Assembly: GCA_001192655.1 (NCBI GenBank)
Contig: BBVC01000005.1
Span: forward strand, 1-14,325
Direction: 5' to 3'
Origin: Caedimonas varicaedens
GTDB lineage: Bacteria > Pseudomonadota > Alphaproteobacteria > Caedimonadales > Caedimonadaceae
DNA: 14,325 bases
Every line of letters starts with the position of its first letter. The stretch's first letter is position 1. Of this stretch, positions 6,794 through 14,323 are shown one piece after another. The translations under genes and the position numbers were made by a program. The notes beneath the pieces were generated by a model. It ran no database searches, had not been told where the DNA came from, and saw only the letters and a list, made by a program, of their open reading frames with translations.

Positions 6794-7765
6794 ATGACAG
6801 AATTTCGATATTTTATTGTTAAGGAAACAGAGACTTTCCAACGTCTTGATCGCCTTATTTCAAATCACTATTCAGACTTTAGTCGAACGCGCATTCAGGA
6901 TCTGATCCGTCAGGGTTATATCAAGGCTGATGGAAAAAAAGTATCGGCTTCTGATAAAGTAAAGGAAGGAGTTCGCATAGATCTTATTCTTCCCCAGGTT
7001 GAAGAAGCGATTCCCCAACCCCAGCATATTCCCCTGGACATTCTTTACGAAGATCAGGACTTGATCGTTCTTAATAAAGCTGCGGGGATGGTGGTTCACC
7101 CTGCACCTGGTTCTGTCGATCAAACGCTTGTGAATGCCTTGCTGTCTCATTGTGGAAACTCTCTTTCGGGCATAGGGGGCATCAAGCGTCCTGGAATTGT
7201 TCATCGACTGGATAAAGGAACCAGTGGTCTTTTGGTTGTCGCCAAAAACGATGTCGCTCATCGTGGTCTGAGTGGGCAATTTTCGTCCCGTTCCCTGTCA
7301 AGAACATATCAGGCTTTAATATGGGGAGTGCCAAACTCTTTTACAGGAACGATCACAGGAAATATTGGTCGTAGTCCTCGTCATCGCCAAAAGATGGCGC
7401 TCCTTTTATCTGGAGGAAAAGAAGCGATGACCCATTATAAGATTTTGAAGACTTTTGGCAGTATAGCAAGTTTAGTAGAGTGTCGCCTTGAAACAGGTCG
7501 CACGCATCAAATCCGTGTTCATCTGACCTCTATAGGGCATCCCCTGATTGGAGATCCGCTTTATGGTAGTGCTCCTCATAAAGCTCCGCTTGCTTTAAGA
7601 CAGGCACTAATGGGTCTTACGCAGAATCTGCGTCCTTTGCTTCACGCATGGCGTATTGAGTTTGTACATCCTCGCACCCAGGAGAAATTATTTTTTAGTG
7701 TCATTTTGCCAGATGACTTCCTTAAAGCAATCGATATTATGAATAAATACGTAGAGAGATTTTAA
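6794..7765 (+). CDS. rluD: 23S rRNA pseudouridine synthase, RluA family (RluD-like)
   Basis: The ORF is 323 aa with an N-terminal S4-like RNA-binding segment (RLDRLISNH..SRTRIQDLIRQGYIKADGKKV). It has the catalytic motif HRLDKGTSGLLVVAK and the GRTHQIRVH block. No in-frame start exists upstream, because a TGA lies at 6770-6772. Confidence 0.88.
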   Translation: MTEFRYFIVKETETFQRLDRLISNHYSDFSRTRIQDLIRQGYIKADGKKVSASDKVKEGVRIDLILPQVEEAIPQPQHIPLDILYEDQDLIVLNKAAGMVVHPAPGSVDQTLVNALLSHCGNSLSGIGGIKRPGIVHRLDKGTSGLLVVAKNDVAHRGLSGQFSSRSLSRTYQALIWGVPNSFTGTITGNIGRSPRHRQKMALLLSGGKEAMTHYKILKTFGSIASLVECRLETGRTHQIRVHLTSIGHPLIGDPLYGSAPHKAPLALRQALMGLTQNLRPLLHAWRIEFVHPRTQEKLFFSVILPDDFLKAIDIMNKYVERF

Positions 7766-7825
7766 TAATTTTTTATATAGAAAAAGTATAGAATAATAAT
7801 AAGCGAACAATTTTTATGGTTAAAC

Positions 7826-8728
7826 ATGTTTGAAAATGAAATTTCTGATATCAGCCAGCATAAAAACCTTTATCATGACATCAATAAAAATGATTTGTTG
7901 AGCTATGTGCATTCTATTAAGCACTTTCCTATGCTGAGTGTGGAAGAAGAGTTTGATTTGGCAAGAAAATGGCAAGACGAGAAGAATGAAAAAGCGGCTC
8001 ATAAATTACTTCAAAGCCATATGAGGCTGGTTACCAAAATTGCGTCAGGTTATCGCGGTTATGGGTTGCCGTTACAGGATTTAGTGTCAGAGGGGCATCT
8101 TGGAATGATGCAAGCCATTCGTAAGTTTGATCCTGGACGAGGGTTCCGATTTTCAACTTATGCCAGTTACTGGATCCATGCTGCCATGAAAGATTATGTG
8201 ATAAAAACATGGTCTCTTGTTAAAATGGGAACAGGAGCGGAACATAAAAAACTGTTTTTTGGTTTGCGCAAAATGAAGCGCAAGCATAGTCAGTCAGATG
8301 TCCATCTTTCTGATGAATCCATTGATAAAATTGCAGCTGAAATGAATGTGGATCGCGCGACGGTGATTCATATGGATCAGAGGTTAAGCGGTCAAGACTA
8401 TTCACTGAATGCGGCGCGAGCAGGAGAAGATACGGGGGAATGGCAGGATTGGCTGGCAGATGAGGCTGAAACTCATGATGTACAAATTGCGCACCATCAG
8501 GAACAGAAAAAACGACAAGCATTGTTGGACGAAGCTATGGAAGTCTTAAATGCACGGGAACTTGAGGTTCTCAATCATCGTCGCCTGAAAGAGCCTCCTG
8601 AAACATTGGAGGAGATTTCTGAGCGCATGAATATTTCCCGTGAACGCGTCCGACAAATCGAAGTAGCTGCTTTTCATAAACTTCAGCACGAAGTTCAAAA
8701 GAAAGCAAAAAAAATGAACATGTGTTAA
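7826..8728 (+). CDS. rpoH: RNA polymerase heat-shock sigma factor sigma-32
   Basis: The ORF is 300 aa. It has sigma70-family region 2 (LVSEGHLGMMQAIRKFDPGRGFRFSTYASYWI). It has an RpoH-box-like segment (AEHKKLFFGLRKMK) and a region 4 HTH (TLEEISERMNISRERVRQIE). Confidence 0.93.
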   Translation: MFENEISDISQHKNLYHDINKNDLLSYVHSIKHFPMLSVEEEFDLARKWQDEKNEKAAHKLLQSHMRLVTKIASGYRGYGLPLQDLVSEGHLGMMQAIRKFDPGRGFRFSTYASYWIHAAMKDYVIKTWSLVKMGTGAEHKKLFFGLRKMKRKHSQSDVHLSDESIDKIAAEMNVDRATVIHMDQRLSGQDYSLNAARAGEDTGEWQDWLADEAETHDVQIAHHQEQKKRQALLDEAMEVLNARELEVLNHRRLKEPPETLEEISERMNISRERVRQIEVAAFHKLQHEVQKKAKKMNMC

Positions 8729-9020
8729 TTCTTCACGCCATTGAGACAAAATATTTTTTATCCTTAGCCCGTCTATTTCATGAGGGTTGTTAAAAATAGG
8801 TTTCAAATCTATATATCACAAGGTTTTGTTGGTTTTACGCAAAGCTCACAAATTATATTTTCTATTTTTAATGTAGAGGATCTGAATCCTTCATACATAT
8901 TGAATTTTTAAGAGAAACGAGAGAAATATTGAGGTTAGAAGTTACTAACTTCCTATATTGATTTGTATATTTTCATAGCCTATTCTGAAGAAGATATATC
9001 TAAAAAAGCGGGAAATAAAT

Positions 9021-9491
9021 ATGAAGTTCTATAAAAATTCTTTCAAGTATATGATTTTAAGTTTTGTGAGTATTTTTCTTGGATGTTTTTCGGTGCCCAT
9101 AGCTAGTCAGGTGATAGGAGAGAATGACGATGTAATTACACAATTTAAAAATACCAGACAGAACTATAGTGTACAGCTAAGTTCTTTTGTTATTCCGTCT
9201 GGAGAAAGTGGACCAAAAACTGCGGAAGATGAGCTTGATAGATTAATAAAGCTAGCCAATACAAAGAGATATAACTTAAGATCACATCCTTTATTCTCTT
9301 TCAAGCTAAAACACAACAATTGGGTTTATTGTGCCGTGGGCTCTTTTAATAATGAACAAGCTGCCCAATTATTAGTAAATTATATTAACGAAACTATGTT
9401 TCCAAAGGAAAAAGCAATTATTTTAATACCAAATCCAAACATTTTAGATTTAAGACTTGAATTTGTCGTTTTTCGACCAAAAAGTAGTTAA
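9021..9491 (+). CDS. Hypothetical exported protein or lipoprotein with a C-terminal SPOR-like (septal peptidoglycan-binding) domain
   Basis: The ORF is 156 aa. It has an N-terminal signal sequence with a lipobox-like IFLGC (Cys22). The C-terminal part follows the SPOR pattern as I recall it: YSVQLSSF...AEDELDRLIKLA...NNWVYCAVGSFNNEQAAQLLVNYIN. The domain call is by eye only. Confidence 0.6.
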   Translation: MKFYKNSFKYMILSFVSIFLGCFSVPIASQVIGENDDVITQFKNTRQNYSVQLSSFVIPSGESGPKTAEDELDRLIKLANTKRYNLRSHPLFSFKLKHNNWVYCAVGSFNNEQAAQLLVNYINETMFPKEKAIILIPNPNILDLRLEFVVFRPKSS

Positions 9492-9862
9492 GAAAAAATG
9501 AGGGTGTGTTTATATTCTTGGTCCTGAATATAAGCTGGTTCAATTATGGAACTACTTTTAATCTGGATTATTAAGCGACCGTCAAACACTGGCTCAAGTT
9601 GTTCTGTGGCGAGGAAGTTAAGCTTAAAAACTAGAACCCTATCCAGATATTTCCCTAAGTAAGCCTATCCTATGATCTATTTAAATATTTGTATATAAAT
9701 TTAAATAAATGTAAATGTGAAAAAATTATTATATCCTAAGTTGAAGTAAAGAAACTATTTTATAGACTGTTCTTGACCTTCATGAAATATCTAGATTAGT
9801 AGTTTTTTAAATGCTCTTTAGTTAAATGGAATTGACGGAATTTTAAAAAGCAACAGAAAGTG

Positions 9863-10777
9863 ATGCTTGTGGATATTTCTTTTTGGGGATGGGCAGGATT
9901 TATCGGCTTAATTGGGGTGATGCTGTTTTTGGATGTTGGTGTTTTTCAGAAGGATAATCACAGAATCTCTCAAAAAGAAGCCTGGAAGTGGAGCGTTATC
10001 TGGATTTGTATGGCTCTTCTTTTCAATGGGGGAATTTACCTATGGCAAGGTCATGATGCCGCCATTACGTTTTTAACAGCCTATTTGATCGAAAAATCCC
10101 TCAGTATTGATAACCTTTTTGTTTTTGTTCTGATTTTCAATTATTTCTCAATTCCTGCAAAGATGCAGCATCGGGTGCTTTATTGGGGAATTTTGGGTGC
10201 AGTTGTCATGAGGCTTATTTTAATCCTTCTTGGCATTAAACTCATCATTCATTTCCAATGGTTATTGTATGTGATGGGAGCTTTTCTGATTTATGCTGGC
10301 ATTACTTTTTTTCGTCAGCGTCATCAGGAAGAAGAATTCACTGAAAGCCGCTTGCTTAAATTTTTAAAGCAAATAATCGCCATAAAAGAAGAGCGCGAAA
10401 ACCCTCATTTTTTTATCCGTCATAAAAGTAAATTTTATATGACTCCCTTGTTTCTTGCACTCGTCAGCATCGAACTCTCTGATCTTGTTTTTGCTTTTGA
10501 TTCAATTCCGGCTGTTTTTGGAATTACCTTTGATCCTTTTTTGGTTTTTACCTCAAATATCTTTGCCATTTTGGGGTTACGTTCCCTTTATTTTGTTCTG
10601 GCCGATTTTTTGCCTCGATTTTACTACCTGAAACATGCACTTTCCCTTATCCTTGCTTTCGTAGGATGTAAAATGCTGCTTCACGATGTGATCTCTATCT
10701 CCACTATTTTATCGCTCAGTGTTATTGTGACCATTATTATCAGTTCTCTTGTCTTATCCGTTCAGAAAGGACGATAA
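9863..10777 (+). CDS. terC: TerC/Alx-family integral membrane protein (putative metal, e.g. Mn2+, exporter)
   Basis: The protein is about 304 aa and polytopic. It carries the paired TerC-family motifs EKSLSIDNLFVF and ELSDLVFAFDSIPAVF. The track starts at GTG 9860, and the adjacent ATG at 9863 is equally possible. Confidence 0.9.
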   Translation: MLVDISFWGWAGFIGLIGVMLFLDVGVFQKDNHRISQKEAWKWSVIWICMALLFNGGIYLWQGHDAAITFLTAYLIEKSLSIDNLFVFVLIFNYFSIPAKMQHRVLYWGILGAVVMRLILILLGIKLIIHFQWLLYVMGAFLIYAGITFFRQRHQEEEFTESRLLKFLKQIIAIKEERENPHFFIRHKSKFYMTPLFLALVSIELSDLVFAFDSIPAVFGITFDPFLVFTSNIFAILGLRSLYFVLADFLPRFYYLKHALSLILAFVGCKMLLHDVISISTILSLSVIVTIIISSLVLSVQKGR

Positions 10778-10894
10778 TCTTTTCTTCCCATTGAAAGCTA
10801 AATAGCTTAAAAAGATAGATATTCATAAAAAGAAGGAGTTATTGAGATTAAGCCTGACGTTATTAATCGCCTTTATCGCACTTCTGAAGAGAAA

Positions 10895-13800
10895 TTGGTT
10901 CCCGAACTTTTAAGCCAGTTTAATTTTTCTGAGGAACAAAACAAAAGAATACAAGAACGCACGCGTATCCTGATAGAAAAAGTCCGAGCAGGTGCTCAGA
11001 GCCAGAGCATCATCGATCAGATGATGCGCCAGTTTCCTCTTTCAACTCATGAAGGCGTGCTTTTGATGTGTTTGGCTGAAGCCTTGCTTCGCATTCCTGA
11101 TCGATCAACGCGAAACGCCTTGCTTCGTGATAAGCTTTCTCAAGCTGATTTTAAAAAGTATTTGAACAACCCCTCTTCTTGGGCCATGAAGTTAGCTACC
11201 AGAGGATTTTCCCTAGGTGCCGATCTTTTAAAAGAGAATGAAAGCTCTCCTTTTAAAAGAGCGCTCGGCAAGACATCGCTTCCTGTGATGGAAAAAGTTG
11301 CAGATCAGGCTATGCGACTGCTTGCGGGTAAGTTTGTTTTAGGAAGTACGATTGAAGAAGCGCTTGAGACCTCTGTCAAAAATATGAAGCGCGGTTATAC
11401 CTATTCCTTTGATATGTTAGGAGAAGCTGCCTTTACAGAAAAAGATGCAGCTCTCTATTATGAGGAATACTTCAGGGCGATTCAGACTATGGCTAAAAGA
11501 AGTGAAAGCAGGGGAGAGCTTTCCGGAAATAGCATTTCTGTCAAGTTGTCAGCTTTGCATCCCCGCTATAGTTTTGCTCAGCAAGAGCGCGTCATGATTG
11601 AGCTGTCAGAGAAATTATTAAAGCTTTGTCAAGCTGCTTTTGAGGCAAACATTGCCTTGACGGTTGATGCAGAAGAGTCTGAACGTCTGGAGATTTCCCT
11701 AAAGTTGATCGAGCAAATGGCGAAGCATCCTATGCTTCAGGGCTGGCATGGGTTAGGGTTAGCTGTACAAGCCTATCAGAAGCGTGCTGTCGACGTGATC
11801 GATTTTTTGATTGATCTGGCGGAAAAATCACAGCAACGACTCAATGTGCGTCTGGTTAAGGGAGCTTATTGGGATTCTGAAATCAAACGTTGTCAGGAAT
11901 TGGGACTGGAAGATTACCCCGTTTTTACGCGCAAGGAAACAACGGACCTTTCCTATCTTGTTTGCGCTCAAAAACTATTGGCACGCTGTGACGTCATCTT
12001 TCCTCAGTTTGCGACTCATAACGCATTGACAATATTGACGATTATGGAATTTGCAGAAGATAACCATAATACTTCTTACGAATTTCAAAAGCTTCATGGG
12101 ATGGGAGATGAACTTTATGAACACATAATCCATCCTGAGGATTCCCAGAGTCTCCGTTGTCGAATTTATGCGCCTGTTGGCAGTGAGCGGGAACTTTTGC
12201 CTTATTTAGTCAGAAGATTGCTTGAAAATGGTGCAAACACTTCCTTTGTCAATCATCTAATGGATAAAACGCATTCCATCGACGACCTTATTCAGCTTCC
12301 CCAGGATAAACTGGAGCGTTATCTCTCTATGAGGCATGGGAAAATTCCGCTTCCCCAGGATCTATATGGAAAAGAGCGTAAAAACTCTCCTGGTATTGAT
12401 CTTGTGAATCCTCGGGAAATTGAGAATCTTCTTGAGGAAATTCGCAGCTTCACTTTCTGGGCGGCGCATCCTGTTATTGGGGGAAAAAGACAAGAAGGTC
12501 CTCGTTATCAAATCCATAATCCTGCCAGAAGAGAAGAGACAATAGGAGAAGTGCAGGAAGCATCTCCTGCTCTTGCCCAGGAAGCTCTTGTGTGTGCAAC
12601 ACAAGCGTTTGAAAGCTGGAATTTTACATCTGCTCAACATCGTGCGCAGTGTCTGAGAAAAACCGCCGATTTGATGATCGATCATTATCATGAATTGATT
12701 GCCTTGTGTATCAGAGAAGGGGGAAAAACGCTGACAGATGCTATTTCAGAAGTACGCGAAGCTATTGATTTCTGTCGGTATTATGCTGAAAGGGGAGAAA
12801 TTGATTTTGGAACACCTCTTTCTCTTCTTGGGGCCACCGGAGAAACGAATGAATTTCTTCTACAGGGGCGCGGCGTTTTTATCTGTATCAGTCCCTGGAA
12901 TTTTCCATTGGCTATTTTTGTGGGGCAAATTGCCGCAGCGCTTATGGCAGGTAATTGCGTCATTGCAAAGCCGGCACGTCAGACGCCTCTGATCGCTTTT
13001 CGTGCCTGTCAGTTATTCTATGAGGCGGGCATTCCTCAAACAGCTCTTCAGTATCTTCCTGGCTCAGGATCTCAATTGAGCGCAGCTTTGCTTAAAGACG
13101 AGCGAGTAGCCGGCGTTGCTTTCACAGGATCGATAGAGACGGCTCACATCATTAATCGGATGCTGGCATCTCGTGATGGTGCTATAGGCTCTTTTATTGC
13201 AGAGACGGGAGGACAAAATGCGATGATTGTGGATTCGTCAGCATTGCCGGAACAGGTTGTCACAGATGTTCTTTCTTCTGCTTTCCAAAGCGCAGGACAG
13301 CGATGCTCGGCATTGAGGCTTCTCTTGGTACAGGAAGAAATAGCTTCCCGTGTTATTGACCTTTTGAAGGGAGCCATGGCTGAACTTAAAATTGGCGATC
13401 CTTTCTTTCTTTCCACAGATGTGGGGCCGGTGATTGATGAAGCAGCGCAGAAGTCTCTCGATACTTATCGAGAAACAATGAAAAGCGAGGGCCAGTTAAT
13501 TTATGAATGCCCGTTGGATGTGAATACTCAAAAAGGAACTTTTGTGCCGCCCAGTGTTTTTGAAATTTCTTCTTTTAAATCCCTGACACACGAAGTTTTC
13601 GGACCTGTTCTGCATGTCATGCGTTTTAAAAGCAGTGAATTGGAACAGGTGATTAATCAGATTAATCACTTGAAATTTGGTTTGACCTTTGGTCTTCATA
13701 CGCGTCTGGATGGACGTATGGAGGATATTGCCCGTCATATTGGTGCTGGAAATGTTTATATAAATCGTAATATCATTGGTGCTGTTGTGGGCACTCAACC

Positions 13801-13942
13801 TTTCGGGGGGCAAGGGCTTTCAGGTACAGGCCCCAAGGCAGGTGGTCCTTACTATTTGCATCGCTTTGCTACTGAGAAAACAATAAGCATTAATACAACA
13901 GCCCAGGGCGGCAACACGAGTTTGATGACGCTCAGTGAATAA
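10895..13942 (+). CDS. putA: Bifunctional proline dehydrogenase / L-glutamate-gamma-semialdehyde (P5C) dehydrogenase PutA, minimalist type without the N-terminal RHH DNA-binding domain
   Basis: The ORF is 1015 aa from the track's TTG. PRODH barrel blocks are present: YSFDMLGEA, VKGAYWD, FATHNA, YEFQKLHGMG, RIYAPVG..LLPYLVRRLLENGANTSFV. ALDH-type blocks are also present: SPWNFPLAI, FTGS, ETGGQNAMIVD (Glu), GQRCSA (catalytic Cys). The true start is probably upstream. The frame is open from 10811, and an AAGGAG SD lies at 10833-10838 (see findings). Confidence 0.95.
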   Translation: MVPELLSQFNFSEEQNKRIQERTRILIEKVRAGAQSQSIIDQMMRQFPLSTHEGVLLMCLAEALLRIPDRSTRNALLRDKLSQADFKKYLNNPSSWAMKLATRGFSLGADLLKENESSPFKRALGKTSLPVMEKVADQAMRLLAGKFVLGSTIEEALETSVKNMKRGYTYSFDMLGEAAFTEKDAALYYEEYFRAIQTMAKRSESRGELSGNSISVKLSALHPRYSFAQQERVMIELSEKLLKLCQAAFEANIALTVDAEESERLEISLKLIEQMAKHPMLQGWHGLGLAVQAYQKRAVDVIDFLIDLAEKSQQRLNVRLVKGAYWDSEIKRCQELGLEDYPVFTRKETTDLSYLVCAQKLLARCDVIFPQFATHNALTILTIMEFAEDNHNTSYEFQKLHGMGDELYEHIIHPEDSQSLRCRIYAPVGSERELLPYLVRRLLENGANTSFVNHLMDKTHSIDDLIQLPQDKLERYLSMRHGKIPLPQDLYGKERKNSPGIDLVNPREIENLLEEIRSFTFWAAHPVIGGKRQEGPRYQIHNPARREETIGEVQEASPALAQEALVCATQAFESWNFTSAQHRAQCLRKTADLMIDHYHELIALCIREGGKTLTDAISEVREAIDFCRYYAERGEIDFGTPLSLLGATGETNEFLLQGRGVFICISPWNFPLAIFVGQIAAALMAGNCVIAKPARQTPLIAFRACQLFYEAGIPQTALQYLPGSGSQLSAALLKDERVAGVAFTGSIETAHIINRMLASRDGAIGSFIAETGGQNAMIVDSSALPEQVVTDVLSSAFQSAGQRCSALRLLLVQEEIASRVIDLLKGAMAELKIGDPFFLSTDVGPVIDEAAQKSLDTYRETMKSEGQLIYECPLDVNTQKGTFVPPSVFEISSFKSLTHEVFGPVLHVMRFKSSELEQVINQINHLKFGLTFGLHTRLDGRMEDIARHIGAGNVYINRNIIGAVVGTQPFGGQGLSGTGPKAGGPYYLHRFATEKTISINTTAQGGNTSLMTLSE

Positions 13943-13978
13943 AAAAGCGATAATAGAGGAGGATTTTGATTAACTGAG

Positions 13979-14302
13979 CTAGAATCTTAAATCATGGGTA
14001 GCAGTGAGATTCCAAAAAGCTTCTAGCTTTTGCAGCAATGATTTCAGATTTTTCAGATCCTGATCATTAAGTGCGTTGTGCTTCATATTTTTAGTATGTT
14101 GCGTCAAAATATTATCGAAATTTTTGAATAGCTTTAACCCCTTTGGAGAGAGTTTTATGGTGCTGGAACGTTTGTCATGGGCAGATTGTTGTTGAATCAA
14201 ATATTGGTTTTCAATCATCTTTTTCAAATTATACGTTACATTTGTTAGCGCCGGAGGTAAAATGATACAGATCATCGGTTGAATTTTGATACACCCACGC
14301 AT
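13979..14302 (-). CDS. MarR-family winged-helix transcriptional regulator, unusually short (107 aa) or N-terminally incomplete at the window edge
   Basis: The recognition helix and wing read LTNVTYNLKKMIENQYLIQQQSAHDKRSSTIKLSPKGLKLF, matching the MarR signature D.R....LT..G. A C-terminal helical region follows. The N-terminal helices a1-a2 of typical 140-160 aa MarR proteins are missing. The frame stays open upstream to the window end at 14325. Confidence 0.7.
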   Translation of the reverse strand: MRGCIKIQPMICIILPPALTNVTYNLKKMIENQYLIQQQSAHDKRSSTIKLSPKGLKLFKNFDNILTQHTKNMKHNALNDQDLKNLKSLLQKLEAFWNLTATHDLRF

Positions 14303-14303
14303 T

Positions 14304-14323
14304 AACTCCTTTTCAAAGGAGTT
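14304..14323. promoter_or_regulatory. Perfect 9-2-9 palindrome (candidate MarR operator and/or SD-sequestering hairpin) immediately upstream of the MarR ATG
   Basis: AACTCCTTT (14304-14312), spacer TC, AAAGGAGTT (14315-14323). The two arms are exact reverse complements. On the minus strand, one arm carries the AAGGAG SD, ending 3-4 nt before the ATG at 14302. Confidence 0.4.

Noticed and set aside
7816-7833. A five-codon upstream mini-ORF (ATG GTT AAA CAT GTT TGA) overlapping the rpoH ATG out of frame, as a possible translational control element.
   Set aside because: It has no SD. Mini-ORFs of this size are very common by chance in AT-rich leaders, and I know of no precedent for alphaproteobacterial rpoH.
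8780-8911. A 43-codon ORF (MRVVKNRFQIYISQGFVGFTQSSQIIFSIFNVEDLNPSYILNF) in the spacer downstream of rpoH.
   Set aside because: It has no SD and an AT-driven, low-complexity composition. There is no recognisable motif or coupling to neighbouring genes.
9510-9533. A hairpin TTATATTC / GAATATAA (8-bp stem, 8-nt loop) 19 nt after the SPOR-like gene, as a possible terminator.
   Set aside because: The stem has a single G:C pair and is not followed by a T-tract. It is too weak to call an intrinsic terminator.
9679-9718. AT-only repeats upstream of terC. ATTTAAATA occurs twice, 20 bp apart (9679-9687 and 9699-9707), followed by tandem AAATGT AAATGT (9707-9718). These could be protein-binding (IHF/Fis-like) or origin-like sites.
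   Set aside because: This is low-complexity sequence in a stretch of nearly 100% A+T, where such repeats arise easily by chance. There is no flanking DnaA-box cluster or other supporting context.
9790-9860. A possible yybP-ykoY (Mn2+) riboswitch upstream of the TerC-family gene, since TerC/Alx genes are classic targets. Partial look-alikes are AGTAG (9798-9802), TTGACGGA (9832-9839) and AGCAACAGA (9849-9857).
   Set aside because: The invariant GGGGAGUAG core is absent (the sequence reads AGATTAGTAG). The spacing between blocks is about half that of known examples, and I could find no P1 pairing. A cmscan against RF00080 would settle it, and I expect no hit.
9868-9876. A DnaA-box-like nonamer, TGTGGATAT (8/9 to TGTGGATAA).
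   Set aside because: It is a single imperfect site inside the terC coding start, with no cluster of boxes or neighbouring replication genes.
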